From an uncultured Oscillospiraceae bacterium (lineage in GTDB: Bacteria > Bacillota > Clostridia > Oscillospirales > Oscillospiraceae): DNA of 64,000 bases. The notes beneath the pieces are model-generated. The model saw nothing but the letters and a program-made list of their open reading frames with translations, was not told where the DNA came from and did not search any database. The DNA lies in NCBI GenBank assembly GCA_947584295.1, contig CANPWM010000002.1, positions 7,937 to 71,936 of the forward strand, in the 5' to 3' direction. Below, piece by piece: positions 15,628 to 25,433 of this stretch; the stretch's first letter is position 1; each line of letters starts with the position of its first letter. The translations under genes and the position numbers were made by a program.

Positions 15628-17154
15628 TCAATGCTCGATGAGGCTCTTGCCGGTCATCTCGGCGGGCTGGTCGATGCCCATCAGCTCCAGCATGGTGGGG
15701 CAGATGTCCGCCAGGCGGCCGTTGTGGAGCTTCATGCCCTCGGGCGCGCCCACGATGAAGAAGGGCACGGGGTTGGTGGTGTGGGCGGTGTGGGGCTCGC
15801 CGTCCTCGGCGATCATCTTGTCGGCGTTGCCGTGGTCGGCGGTGATGAGGCACACGCCGCCGGCCCGCGTCACGGCGTCCACCACCTTGCCAACGCACTC
15901 GTCCACGGTCTCCACGGCCTTGACGGCGGCGTCAAACACGCCGGTGTGGCCCACCATGTCGCAGTTGGCGAAGTTGAGGATGATGGCGTCGTACTTGCCG
16001 GTCTCGATGCGTTTGACGCACTCGTCCGCCACCTTTCGGGCGCTCATCTCCGGGATCAGGTCGTAGGTGGGGAACTCCTTGGGGGACGGGATCAGGGCCC
16101 GATCCTCGCCGTCGTAGACCTGCTCGGTGCCGCCGTTGAAGAAGAAGGTCACATGGGCGTACTTCTCCGTCTCGGCGATGCGCAGCTGCTTCATGCCCCG
16201 CTGGGCCAAAATCTCGCCGAAGGTGTTCTTCAGATCCTCGGGCGGGAAGGCCACGGTGACGTTGGGCATGGTGGCGTCGTACTGGGTGGTGCAGACGTAT
16301 TTGACGGGGAAGAAGCCCTTTTTGCGCTCAAAGCCCTTGAAGTCGGGATCCACGAAGGTGCGGGTGATCTCCCGGGCGCGGTCAGGCCGGAAGTTGGTAA
16401 AGATGATGGAGTCGCCGGGCTTGACGGTGCCCTCCGGGGCGCAGACCGTGGGAACTACGAACTCGTCGGTCACACCGGCGTCGTAGCTTGATTGCATGGT
16501 GTGGACGGGGTCAAGGTCGATGTTGCCCTCGCCGCAGACCATGGCGTTGTAGGCCTTCTCCACCCGATCCCAGCGGTTGTCCCGGTCCATGGCGTAAAAG
16601 CGCCCGGCGATGGTGGCGATCTTGCCTACGCCGATCTGGGCGCATTTGGCGACGCACTCCTCGATATACTCCTTGCCGGAGGAGGGGGGGACGTCGCGGC
16701 CGTCCATGAAGCAGTGGATATAGACTTTTGAGAGGCCGCGGCGCTTGGCCATCTCCAGGAAGGCCCAGGTGTGGGTGTTGTGGCTGTGGACGCCGCCGGG
16801 GGACATGAGGCCCATCAGGTGCAAAGCGCCGCCGGAGGCCTTGGCCGCGTCCATGGCGGCGATATACTCAGGGTTTTCAAAGAAGCTGCCGTCCCGGACG
16901 GCCACGGTGATGCGCAGAAGGCTCTGGTAGACGATCCTCCCGGCGCCGATGTTGGTGTGGCCCACCTCGGAGTTGCCCATCTGGCCGTCGGGCAGGCCCA
17001 CGTCCTCGCCGCTGGCCTGGAGCTGGCAGATGGGGCTGGCGGCGATGAGCCTGTCCAGATTGGGCCGCTTGGCGGCGGCGATGGCGTTGATCTTGGGATC
17101 CGGCTTGTCGATGCCGAAGCCGTCCATGATGATAAGGGTCACGGGTCTTTTCAT
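15628..17154 (-). CDS. gpmI: 2,3-bisphosphoglycerate-independent phosphoglycerate mutase
   Basis: 508 aa. LIIMDGFG, MGNSEVGHTNIGAGR and ITADHGNA motifs. Confidence 0.95.
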   Translation of the reverse strand: MKRPVTLIIMDGFGIDKPDPKINAIAAAKRPNLDRLIAASPICQLQASGEDVGLPDGQMGNSEVGHTNIGAGRIVYQSLLRITVAVRDGSFFENPEYIAAMDAAKASGGALHLMGLMSPGGVHSHNTHTWAFLEMAKRRGLSKVYIHCFMDGRDVPPSSGKEYIEECVAKCAQIGVGKIATIAGRFYAMDRDNRWDRVEKAYNAMVCGEGNIDLDPVHTMQSSYDAGVTDEFVVPTVCAPEGTVKPGDSIIFTNFRPDRAREITRTFVDPDFKGFERKKGFFPVKYVCTTQYDATMPNVTVAFPPEDLKNTFGEILAQRGMKQLRIAETEKYAHVTFFFNGGTEQVYDGEDRALIPSPKEFPTYDLIPEMSARKVADECVKRIETGKYDAIILNFANCDMVGHTGVFDAAVKAVETVDECVGKVVDAVTRAGGVCLITADHGNADKMIAEDGEPHTAHTTNPVPFFIVGAPEGMKLHNGRLADICPTMLELMGIDQPAEMTGKSLIEH

Positions 17155-17184
17155 GAAGTTACCTCCATTTCAATTTATAGAGGA

Positions 17185-17208
17185 GGGGCCGCCGCGGGCG
17201 GCGGCCCC
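17185..17208. repeat. R3-type GC palindrome in the tpiA-gpmI spacer
   Basis: GGGGCCGCCG-cggg-CGGCGGCCCC, the same arm sequence as the R3 unit at 4612-4640. Confidence 0.6.
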
Positions 17209-17218
17209 CAAAAAAGCG

Positions 17219-17992
17219 TTATTCCTGGTTGGCGGCGTTGATGATGGCGGCGAACTTCTCGGGGACAAGGGAGGCCCCGCCGATGAGGCCGCCGTCGATA
17301 TCCGGCTGGGCGAGAAGCTCGTAGGCGTTCTTCTCGTTCATGGAGCCGCCGTAGAGAATGGTGGTGGCGCGGGCGGTGCGGGCCCCGTAGAGGCCGCGAA
17401 TGATGGAGCGAATGGTGCGGTTCACCTCGTTTGCCTGCTCGGCGGTGGCGGTGTTGCCGGTGCCGATGGCCCAGATGGGTTCGTAGGCGATGACCACGCG
17501 CCGGATCTGCTCCTCGGTGACCCCGGCCAGGGCGGCGCGGACCTGGTAGTTGATCAGCGCCTCGGTGAGTCCCAGCTCCCTCTGCCTGGCGCTCTCGCCC
17601 ACGCAGACGATGGGCTGGAGGCCCAGCTCCAGGGCGGCCTTGACCTTTTCGTTGACGGTAAGATCTGTCTCGCCAAAATACTGACGGCGCTCGGAGTGGC
17701 CGATGATGACATACTTGACCTTCAGATCCCGGAGCATCTCGCCGGACACCTCGCCGGTGTACGCCCCCTTGGGGTGTTCGCTCATGTTCTGCGCGCCGAC
17801 GGAGATCCGGGCCTCCTTCAGATATTTCATGCCCAGGGGCAGATCCACAAAGGGGGCGCAGATGACGGTCTCGCACCAGCGGGCGCGGGGAACCAGGGTC
17901 TTCATCTCCTCCGCGAACGCGCGGATCTCGGAGGGGAGCTTGTTCATCTTGAAGTTGCCGGCGATGACGGTCTTGCGGTATTTTCTGTTCAT
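17219..17992 (-). CDS. tpiA: triose-phosphate isomerase
   Basis: 257 aa. IAGNFKMN, GAQN, IIGHSERR, AYEPIWAIGTG motifs. Confidence 0.95.
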   Translation of the reverse strand: MNRKYRKTVIAGNFKMNKLPSEIRAFAEEMKTLVPRARWCETVICAPFVDLPLGMKYLKEARISVGAQNMSEHPKGAYTGEVSGEMLRDLKVKYVIIGHSERRQYFGETDLTVNEKVKAALELGLQPIVCVGESARQRELGLTEALINYQVRAALAGVTEEQIRRVVIAYEPIWAIGTGNTATAEQANEVNRTIRSIIRGLYGARTARATTILYGGSMNEKNAYELLAQPDIDGGLIGGASLVPEKFAAIINAANQE

Positions 17993-18009
17993 GACGCTCT
18001 GCCCTCTCC

Positions 18010-19293
18010 TTATTTGTCGAGTAAGCAGGCTACGCCGGGAAGCTCCTTGCCCTCGAGGAACTCAAGGGAGGCGCCGCCGCCGGTGGAGATGTGGGTGATC
18101 TTGTCGGCAAAGCCAAGCTGCTCGCAGGCCGCCGCGCTGTCGCCGCCGCCCACGATGGAGATGCAGTCGGACTCGGCCAGGGCCTTCGCCACGGCGATGG
18201 TACCGGCGGCCAGGGTGGGATTCTCAAAGACGCCCATGGGGCCGTTCCAGACGACGGTCTTGGCCTCCATGACGGCCTGGGCGAAGATCTCGCGGGTCTT
18301 TTCGCCGATGTCCAGGCCCATCTTGTCGGCGGGAATGGCGTCGGAGGCCACGGTCTCCACGGCCACGGGGCCGTCGATGGGGTCGGGGAAGGAGGCGGCC
18401 ACCACGGTGTCCACGGGCAGGAGCAGCTTGACGCCGCGCTCCTGGGCCTTGGCCATCATGTCCTTGCAGTAGTCCAGCTTGTCGGTGTCCAGAAGGCTGG
18501 TGCCGACGGAATAGCCCTTGGCCGCCATGAAGGTATAGGCCATGCCGCCGCCGATGATGAGCGTATCGACCTTCTCAAGAAGATTGGAGATGACATTGAG
18601 CTTATCGGAGACCTTGGCGCCGCCCAGAATGGCCACGAAGGGGCGGTCAGGATTGGCGAGGGCCTTGCCCATGACGCCCAGCTCCTTCTCGATGAGGAAG
18701 CCGGAGACGGCGGGCAGATAGGCGGCGACGCCGGCGGTGGAGGCGTGGGCGCGATGGACAGCGCCGAAGGCATCGGAGACATAGACGCCGTTCTCACCGG
18801 CCAGGGCGGCCAGCTTCTTTACAAATTCGGGGTCGTTCTTGGTCTCACCCTTCTCAAAACGGGTGTTCTGGAGGAGCATGATCTGGCCGCCCTTCAGCGC
18901 GGCGGCCTTGGCCTGGGCGTCGGGGCCGACAACGTCACCGGCCAGGATCACGTCCTGACCCAGAAGCTCGGCAAGGCGCTTGGCCACAGGCTCCATGCAC
19001 AGGGCCTCCAGGGATTTGCGCCACTTGGCCTCGGTCAGCTCCTCGGGGGCCTTGCCCTTCTCGGCCTGCTTCTTGGCCCACTTGTCAAAGCTGGGTTCGG
19101 GCTTGCCCAGGTGGCTGCAGGCGATGACGGCGCAGCCCTGCTCCAGCAGATACTTGATGGTGGGGACGGCGGCCACGATGCGCTTGTCGCTGGTGATGAC
19201 GCCGGCTTTCAGGGGAACGTTGAAGTCGCAGCGAAGGAGGACCTTCTTGCCTGCCAGGTCGATGTCACGGACCGATTTCTTGTTGTAGTTCAT
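18010..19293 (-). CDS. pgk: phosphoglycerate kinase
   Basis: 427 aa. [20 protein letters not shown]-like [24 protein letters not shown]. Carries an extra segment of about 25-30 residues after HLGKP. Confidence 0.95.
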   Translation of the reverse strand: MNYNKKSVRDIDLAGKKVLLRCDFNVPLKAGVITSDKRIVAAVPTIKYLLEQGCAVIACSHLGKPEPSFDKWAKKQAEKGKAPEELTEAKWRKSLEALCMEPVAKRLAELLGQDVILAGDVVGPDAQAKAAALKGGQIMLLQNTRFEKGETKNDPEFVKKLAALAGENGVYVSDAFGAVHRAHASTAGVAAYLPAVSGFLIEKELGVMGKALANPDRPFVAILGGAKVSDKLNVISNLLEKVDTLIIGGGMAYTFMAAKGYSVGTSLLDTDKLDYCKDMMAKAQERGVKLLLPVDTVVAASFPDPIDGPVAVETVASDAIPADKMGLDIGEKTREIFAQAVMEAKTVVWNGPMGVFENPTLAAGTIAVAKALAESDCISIVGGGDSAAACEQLGFADKITHISTGGGASLEFLEGKELPGVACLLDK

Positions 19294-19345
19294 GTCAATA
19301 CTCCAATCCTAAAAATTATTTTAAACCCATAAAGGGATACTGCGC

Positions 19346-19453
19346 GTCGTCCTCGCGCGAGCCGCTTTACCTCGCCCTCCCTGACGGTCGGGTTCAGGCG
19401 CAGGCTCGGCTCGTCCTCTCCCCACCGGGCAACGGCCCGGCGGGGGCCCCATT
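19346..19453 (+). repeat. R2 structured repeat, copy c
   Basis: GTCGTCCTCGCG-CGAGCCG...CGGCTCG-TCCTCTCCCC-ACCGGGCaacgGCCCGGCGGGGGCCCC, in the trmL-pgk spacer. Confidence 0.8.
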
Positions 19454-19476
19454 TTTGCGAACCACTTTACCCCCGG

Positions 19477-19968
19477 TCACCGGGCCATGCTGCCGGTGCC
19501 GGAAAGCTCCGGGAACCCCTGCTGGCGCAGGGCCTCGTAGCACAAAACGGCCACGGAATTGGCAAGGTTGAGGCTCCTGGCGTCCTCCCGCATGGGGATA
19601 CGGACGCACTTATCCCGGTAACGCTCCCGGAAAAACGCGGGCAGTCCCGCCGTCTCCTTGCCGAAAACCAGCCAGCACCCGTCCTGATAGGCGGCCTCGT
19701 GATAGGCCCTGGGGGCCTTGGTGGTGGCAAGCCACAGGTCGTCCCCGCCGTGCCGTTGGAGGAACTCGTCCAGGTTCTCATAGACCGTGATATCCACCAT
19801 GGGCCAGTAGTCCAGGCCCGCCCGCTTCACAGCCCTGTCGGAGATGTCGAAGCCCAGGGGCCGCACCAGATGCAGGCGCGAACGGGTGGCGGCGCAGGTG
19901 CGGGCGATGTTGCCGCAATTCTGGGGGATCTCCGGCTCCACCAGCACGATGTTGACCAATTGACTCAC
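19477..19968 (-). CDS. trmL: tRNA (cytidine/uridine-2'-O-)-methyltransferase TrmL (SpoU family)
   Basis: 163 aa. IVLVEPEIPQNCGNIARTC, LVFGKETAGLP, SLNLANSVAVLCYEALRQ. Confidence 0.85.
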   Translation of the reverse strand: MSQLVNIVLVEPEIPQNCGNIARTCAATRSRLHLVRPLGFDISDRAVKRAGLDYWPMVDITVYENLDEFLQRHGGDDLWLATTKAPRAYHEAAYQDGCWLVFGKETAGLPAFFRERYRDKCVRIPMREDARSLNLANSVAVLCYEALRQQGFPELSGTGSMAR

Positions 19969-20099
19969 CTCTTGCCATCGAACTTATTTTATAACTTCCC
20001 GCGGGAGTTTTCAATATAAATCGTTAAAAAACTCGCAAACTTTTTCACTTTTGGCCTTTTGGCGAAAGTAAGGCCGAAATCGGCGATTTGTTTTGGGAG

Positions 20100-20440
20100 G
20101 TTCCGCGCATATTTCACCGCTCCCGGCGGCCCACCCGGCAAATTTCGTATAACGCACCCGTAGGGGCGGCCGTCCCCGGCCGCCCGTCCCGGTTGATCTC
20201 CGGGCTGTCAATCATCGGGGGACGGGTCGCATTGGGGCCCCCATCGGGCCGCTGCCCGGTGGGGAGAGGAGGAGCGAACCTGGCGCGTGAGCGTTCCCGC
20301 CGCGCGGGGACGCGAGGTTAAGCCGGTTCCGCGACGACGCCGGCGACCCCTACGGGGTTGTACGGCACCTCTTCGGAAAAGCGACGACGCGGGGCAGCCG
20401 GTGTCCGGCACGTCCCGCGTCATTTGCGATATTGTCGTTA
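20100..20440. repeat. mosaic of GC-rich palindromic units (block Z; R3+R2)
   Basis: An intact R3 hairpin at 20160-20189 and an R3 hairpin split by R2 (arms 20217-20230 and 20339-20353). The linkers CGTATAACGC and CCGATGATTGAC are shared with block X. Confidence 0.8.
20231..20338 (-). repeat. R2 structured repeat, copy b (inside an R3 hairpin loop)
   Basis: Its reverse complement aligns along the full length of copy a. Flanked by GGGTCGC / GCGACCC arms. Confidence 0.85.
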
Positions 20441-20460
20441 TGCTCTCCAGGGCCGCGGGC

Positions 20461-21015
20461 TTACTCCTGCTTGCCGTTCAGCGCGTCAACGGCGGCGTCG
20501 AACTCACGCTTGGCCTCGCTGGCGGCCTCCTCGGCGGCGTTGGCGGCCTCCTGGGCGGTCTGCTCCACGGTATGCTCGATCTCGTCCACCACCTGCCCGG
20601 CGGGCGCGTCGGCGGGTTCGCCGGTGACCTCCGTCTCCGGCTTCTCTTGGGCGGAGAGGCTCTCGATCTCGGCCTGCTTGGCCTCGATGGACTCTAAGAC
20701 CGACTCGATAGCGGCGGCGGTCTCGGCGAAGTCGGGATCGGTATGACCGGCGTACTTCTCATAGTAGAGCTTGCCAAGCTCGGTGTACTTCTCCTTCAGG
20801 CCGCCGCGGGCGGCGGCGATCTCCGCGTTGAGCTTGGCCTTCTTGCCGGTGGTCTGGGCCTTTCCCGCCACGTCCTTGGCCGCGTCTGAGACCTTCCCGG
20901 CCACGTCGCGGGCGGTGTCTCCGGCCTTCCCGGCCACGTCCTTGGCCAGTCCCACGGCCTTGCCGGCGGCCTGGTTCAATTTTTCCTTCAGGTCATCAAA
21001 ATTAAAGCTTGCCAT
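20461..21015 (-). CDS. hypothetical protein with KDVAGKA repeats and an acidic C-terminal half
   Basis: Start set at MASFNFDDLKEKL, with a GGAGG SD 7 nt upstream. Starting the ORF at 21153 would overlap the lgt 3' end. No recognisable catalytic motif. Confidence 0.55.
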   Translation of the reverse strand: MASFNFDDLKEKLNQAAGKAVGLAKDVAGKAGDTARDVAGKVSDAAKDVAGKAQTTGKKAKLNAEIAAARGGLKEKYTELGKLYYEKYAGHTDPDFAETAAAIESVLESIEAKQAEIESLSAQEKPETEVTGEPADAPAGQVVDEIEHTVEQTAQEAANAAEEAASEAKREFDAAVDALNGKQE

Positions 21016-21136
21016 CAGTTTTACCTCCATTTGATTTTCTTGATTTGTTTTGAGTGTCAGCGTTCTGTTAAACGAGACGGCCCTGCGCGTTCTCAACAGC
21101 TCCCGCAGGGGTTCCAGCGCCTCGTCAAGCTCCTGT

Positions 21137-22156
21137 TCATTCATGGGCGTCACCGCTCCCGTCCCCGGAAGTCTCCTCCGGCGCCGCGCCGTCCTCCGCC
21201 GGGGCCTCCGGGGCCTCGTCCGCCTCCCGCTCCCCCGTCTCCGGGGCGGCAGGGGCGCTCTCCGATGCCGGGGCGCTCTCCGTATCTTCCGCCTCCGCGG
21301 CCGCGGCGGCCTTCTGGCGGTTTACGAACATCTTCTCCGGGTCCGGGCGGCGAATGAATCTATTATACAGCAAAAGGGCCGCAGATGCAAGGAAAAGAAT
21401 GAAGGACACCAGCTGGCTGACGCGGATACCCGTGTTGAAGAGGTAGAGGCTGTCGGTGCGCAGGCCCTCGATGAACATTCTCCCGAAGCCGTACCAGCAC
21501 AGATACCACAAAAACACCTGCCCGTCGTACCGGCGGTGTTTTTTGGAGAAAAAGTGCATCAGCGTGAAACCGATGAGGTTCCACAGGGACTCGTAGAGGA
21601 AGGTGGGGTGGACGGCGTAGGCGGTGCCGTCGGGGAGGGTCAGCACCATGCGGCAGAAGATGTCCGTCTGATAGCCGAAGGCCTCCCGGTTCATGAAGTT
21701 CCCCCACCGGCCCAGGGTCTGGCCGATGATAAAGCCGAAAAACACCATGTCCAAAAAGGCGGGAATGGACAGCTTCTTCCACACGCAGTAGATGACCAGG
21801 GCCAAAATCGCCCCGGCGATGACGCCGTACATCCCTATGCCCCCCTGCCAGATATACAGGACGGAGATGGGGTCGTCGGCGAAAAGATCCCAGTGGAACA
21901 GGCAGAAATAGATCCGCGCGCCGATGATGGCCAGGGGGACGCCCAGAATGATCACGTCAAAGACGTTGTCCGGCGTCAGGCCGAACTCCTTGGAGCGCCT
22001 GGCGCAGTACAGCACCGCCAGCAAAAAGCCCGTGGCGATGATGATGCCGTACCAGTGGACGGTCAGCGGGCCGATATGGATCACGGGCGAGGGATCAATG
22101 GACCAGTCCCCCAGCATGGGGAAGGAGATGGAAGCTTCCGGGTAGGCTGTTTTCAT
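21137..22156 (-). CDS. lgt: prolipoprotein diacylglyceryl transferase
   Basis: HWYGIIIATG..., GARIYF, GRWGNFMNREAFG signature. Has an Ala/Pro/Glu-rich C-terminal extension of about 70 aa. Confidence 0.9.
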   Translation of the reverse strand: MKTAYPEASISFPMLGDWSIDPSPVIHIGPLTVHWYGIIIATGFLLAVLYCARRSKEFGLTPDNVFDVIILGVPLAIIGARIYFCLFHWDLFADDPISVLYIWQGGIGMYGVIAGAILALVIYCVWKKLSIPAFLDMVFFGFIIGQTLGRWGNFMNREAFGYQTDIFCRMVLTLPDGTAYAVHPTFLYESLWNLIGFTLMHFFSKKHRRYDGQVFLWYLCWYGFGRMFIEGLRTDSLYLFNTGIRVSQLVSFILFLASAALLLYNRFIRRPDPEKMFVNRQKAAAAAEAEDTESAPASESAPAAPETGEREADEAPEAPAEDGAAPEETSGDGSGDAHE

Positions 22157-22162
22157 GTGGTC

Positions 22163-23440
22163 TTAACCTTTCTTTCTGATGATGGAGATAGCGCATCTGT
22201 CCACGGTCATATACTCGGCCAGGAAGGCCCTGACGTCCTCCGCCGTCACCGCGTTCAGCACCTCCACGGTGTCAAAATAATCATAGCCGGAAAAGCCTCC
22301 GGCGGCCACGTTGTAGCAGATGTTCTCAAAGGAACCGGCGGAACGCAGGGCCGACCCCAGGGCGGTCTTTTTCCGGCGGGCGAAGAAGGCCGGGTCGATG
22401 CCCCGGGCGGCCAGATCCGCCGCCGTCTCCAGCACCCGCATACACACGTATTCCGGCTTCTGGGTCTCCCCGCCAAAGGAGAGCTGGGAGTACCCGGCGG
22501 TATTCTCAAAGTCGTAGCCGAAGGTCTCGTTGATGGCCCCGGCGTCGTAAAGCTCCCGGTAGAGGGGGGAGGCGGTGCCTAAGAGCGTGGACAGCGCCAG
22601 GGTGGCGGTCAGCTCGAATTTCACGCTCTCCCGGCCCAGAAGCCCGCTCTTCGTCTTGGCCCCCGCCAGGAAAAGGGGCGCGCCCACGTCCATGGCCCGC
22701 TGGCCGCTCATTTTCAGGGGCAGCGGCCCCTCGGGCTTCTCCGGGACGCGCACCGGCAGGGGGGCGAAGGTCTCCGGCATCAGCTCCTCCGCCGTCTCCA
22801 GCACCCGCCTGGGATCCTGGTCGCCCACCACCACCAGGGCCATGTTCCGGGGGGTGTAAAAGGCCCTGTGGGCGGAGCGGAGCGTCTGGGCGGTGATGGC
22901 CGCGATGCTCTCCTCCGTCCCGGCCACGCCCTCCCGGAGCGCCGGGGCGGCGTAGAGGCACCGCAGAAGCGCGTAGTAGACGGCGTCCTCCGGGTCGTCC
23001 TCCATCATGCGGATCTCCTGGGCGATGATGGCCCGTTCCCGGTCCATACCCTCGTCGGTGAAATAGGGGGTGGAGACGAATTGCAGCAAAAGCCGGAGAT
23101 TTTCAAAAAACGAATCCGTACACTCAAAGTGATAGGCCGTCATATCCGGCGAGGTGAAGGCGTTGGCGTTGGCCCCCCGCTGGGAGAGGGTGGTCAGGGC
23201 GTTGGCCTGGCCCTCCACCTCAAAGAGCCTGTGTTCCACAAAATGGGCCGTCCCGGCGGGGGTGGAGAACCGCTCCCCGGAGAGGGTGAATTCCCTGTCC
23301 GCGCCGCCGTAGTTGACGGCCAGGAACGCCATGGACTTGCGAAAGCCGGGCTTCGGCACCACCGTCACCCGCAGGCCCGACCGGGTCTCGGCGGTGAAGG
23401 CCGTCTCCCCCACCAGGGCGTATTCCTTCTTTTTAAGCAT
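22163..23440 (-). CDS. M16 family zinc peptidase (active subunit, HxxEH)
   Basis: HFVEH zinc motif near the N-terminus; 425 aa with the pitrilysin-like two-domain size. Confidence 0.85.
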   Translation of the reverse strand: MLKKKEYALVGETAFTAETRSGLRVTVVPKPGFRKSMAFLAVNYGGADREFTLSGERFSTPAGTAHFVEHRLFEVEGQANALTTLSQRGANANAFTSPDMTAYHFECTDSFFENLRLLLQFVSTPYFTDEGMDRERAIIAQEIRMMEDDPEDAVYYALLRCLYAAPALREGVAGTEESIAAITAQTLRSAHRAFYTPRNMALVVVGDQDPRRVLETAEELMPETFAPLPVRVPEKPEGPLPLKMSGQRAMDVGAPLFLAGAKTKSGLLGRESVKFELTATLALSTLLGTASPLYRELYDAGAINETFGYDFENTAGYSQLSFGGETQKPEYVCMRVLETAADLAARGIDPAFFARRKKTALGSALRSAGSFENICYNVAAGGFSGYDYFDTVEVLNAVTAEDVRAFLAEYMTVDRCAISIIRKKG

Positions 23441-24773
23441 CTGCGTCCGCCTCCGCCGTGAGAAAATAGGTGTGGGTGAGCTTAGCCTCCGACGCTATGG
23501 CGGCCACGTCCTCCGCCGTGACAAGCTGGCAGAGGGCGGCAAACTCCTCCGGGCCGGGGCGGCTGCCCAGAATCGCCCTGTCGAGGTAGAGCCCCTCCAG
23601 TCCCATCGGCTCGTCCAGGCAGGCCAGCAGGGAGCTTATAACGCCCCGCTTGGCGGCCTCCAGCTCCCAGGGCTCGATAAAGCCGTTGGCCAGGGAGGCA
23701 AGCTGGGCCAGGATCTCGCTGTGGGCCTCCTCAAACTTGTCCGGGTCGATCCCGGCGGAGACGAACAGCGCCCCCTTGTTCCTGTCCACGGTGGAACCGG
23801 CGTAATAGCACAGGGCCAGCCGCTCCCGGACGTTGAGAAAGAGCCGGGAGGTAGCGGAACCCCCGAAAAGGGCGTTGAACACCGCCAGGGCGGCGTAGCG
23901 CGGCTCCTCCTGGCCGTCCCGGTCCAGCCTAAAGCCCATCTCCAGCCGCCCCTGGGTCACGTCCATGGTCTCCCTGATGATCTTCTCCTTCACGTCCCCG
24001 AAGCCCGCGCGCACCTGGGTGGTGGGCATGGCAAACGTCCCCGTCCGGGGCAGGGAGGCCAGGGCCTCCCGCAGTACCCGCGCCACGCGCTCAGGCTCCT
24101 CCGCGCCGCAGTAGAAAAGCTCCAGCGGGGCCGTGGCGATCAGCTCTTTGTAATATTTCGTCAGCGCGTAGGGGGAGATATTGGCGGCGTCCGCCAGGGT
24201 GCCCAGCTTGCTGACGCCGTAGCTCTCGCCCCGGAACATGGCCTCCACCAGCCGCAGGGAGGCGTAGGAGCGTTTGTCGTTGATCTCGGCGTTGATGTCG
24301 TCTATAAGGTTCTGCCGCTCGGAGCGCACATAGTCACCCCGCAGCCGCCCGCCCCGGGTGGCCGGGGTCAGCAGCAGCTCCCCCAGAAGGCACGCCGTCC
24401 CGGAGAGGATATCGGGCCTGCCCGGCAGGAAGGCCGCGTCGGGGAAGTCGGCGCAGAAGCCCAGCGCCGCCACCTCGCCCCGCTTGCGAATGGCCGGTTC
24501 GATCCGCGCCCCGTAAAGCTCGTCCATGGCGGCGGCCAGGGACTCGCTGTCGGGACACCGGGCCGTCCCTCGGCGCAGGACATAGGGCAGGACGGCGTTC
24601 AGGGACGCCGTCTTTTTCGTGTGGGGGGCCAGGAGTGTGGCGGACAGACAGCCGGTCTTGAACCGGTCGTCCCACACCGCCGTGAGCCTGACGCCCCGCG
24701 TCAGCGGTATCTCAAATACGCCCTTCAACGCCTCACCCCCTGTAAAATGCCGATATATAGTACAGTGTATCAT
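23433..24773 (-). CDS. M16 family peptidase-like protein (no HxxEH seen; probable non-catalytic partner)
   Basis: Same size class and overlaps the downstream M16 gene by 8 nt. A TTG at 24728 with an AGGGGG SD is a plausible alternative start. Confidence 0.75.
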   Translation of the reverse strand: MIHCTIYRHFTGGEALKGVFEIPLTRGVRLTAVWDDRFKTGCLSATLLAPHTKKTASLNAVLPYVLRRGTARCPDSESLAAAMDELYGARIEPAIRKRGEVAALGFCADFPDAAFLPGRPDILSGTACLLGELLLTPATRGGRLRGDYVRSERQNLIDDINAEINDKRSYASLRLVEAMFRGESYGVSKLGTLADAANISPYALTKYYKELIATAPLELFYCGAEEPERVARVLREALASLPRTGTFAMPTTQVRAGFGDVKEKIIRETMDVTQGRLEMGFRLDRDGQEEPRYAALAVFNALFGGSATSRLFLNVRERLALCYYAGSTVDRNKGALFVSAGIDPDKFEEAHSEILAQLASLANGFIEPWELEAAKRGVISSLLACLDEPMGLEGLYLDRAILGSRPGPEEFAALCQLVTAEDVAAIASEAKLTHTYFLTAEADADA

Positions 24774-24779
24774 ATTTAT

Positions 24780-25345
24780 ACGGAAAAAACAATAGATTTG
24801 CGGAAATTCTCCGCCGCCTCCGGCGGCGGAGAATACAACCTAATGGAAAGGTTTTCCCGAAATGCGGCGGGCCGGCCGGGTGTCCGGCCCGTACAGAACA
24901 TTATTCGGATAAAAAACAGTTCCCGTATGAGCGGAGGGAAGGGTTTGGAAGGGGAACCGTCAGGGTTCCCCTTCTGATTCAATCACCCGCCGCCATACGA
25001 AACATCTCCCCCCATATCTTTTCGCTTCCCCCAACGTAAAATTTATCCGTACGGGCCGGACACCCGGCCGGCCCGCCTATCGAATTACAAAAAAACCATC
25101 GTATAACGCCGTACGGGCCGCCGCCCACGGCGGCCCATGGCACCATCGAATTTCGCAACAACCCATTATTATGCTTCCGTAGGGGTCGCCCTCCCGGGCG
25201 ACCCGTCCACCGATGATTGACCACCCGGAGGTTCACCGGGACGGGCCGCCCGGGAGGGTGGCCCCTACGGCGGTTAAATTAAATTTCCCATAATTCGTTT
25301 GTCGGGGCGGCCGTCCCCGGCCGCCCCGCCCGCCGAACCTCCGGG
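24780..25345. repeat. mosaic of GC-rich palindromic units (block X; R1+R3, no R2)
   Basis: R3 hairpins at about 24866-24894 (reverse), 25049-25077, 25111-25136, 25179-25208, 25241-25268 (reverse) and 25301-25330, plus R1 at 24931-24994. Collinear with parts of blocks Y and Z. Confidence 0.8.
24931..24994 (-). repeat. R1 palindromic repeat, copy 4
   Basis: The reverse complement reads GGCGGCGGGTGATTGAATCAGAAGGGGAACCCTGACGGTTCCCCTTCCAAACCCTTCCCTCCGC. Confidence 0.85.
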
Positions 25346-25400
25346 CTGTATGTTCTCAAACCTTTCCCTCTCCCCCGGCATATACTGTCCTGAGAACAAC

Positions 25401-25433
25401 GGCGTTCCCCCCAGGGAGAACGCCGCATTTTTT
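25401..25433 (+). promoter_or_regulatory. terminator-like hairpin in the asnB leader (possible attenuator)
   Basis: GGCGTTCCCC-cca-GGGAGAACGCC followed by GCATTTTTT, ending 7 nt before the GGAGG SD of asnB. TGTTCTCA (25351) and TGAGAACA (25391) could form an alternative pairing. Confidence 0.4.

Noticed and set aside
20231-20338. A small protein or leader peptide encoded by R2 in reverse orientation. The reverse strand shows GGAGGAG followed by GTG in copy a, and peptide-like SVPA(L/A)RG.EVKPVPRRR in copies a and b.
   Set aside because: The putative start is GTG in copy a but TGG in copy b. Copies c, d and e do not conserve the frame. The pattern of change (paired substitutions in stems) fits structure, not coding.
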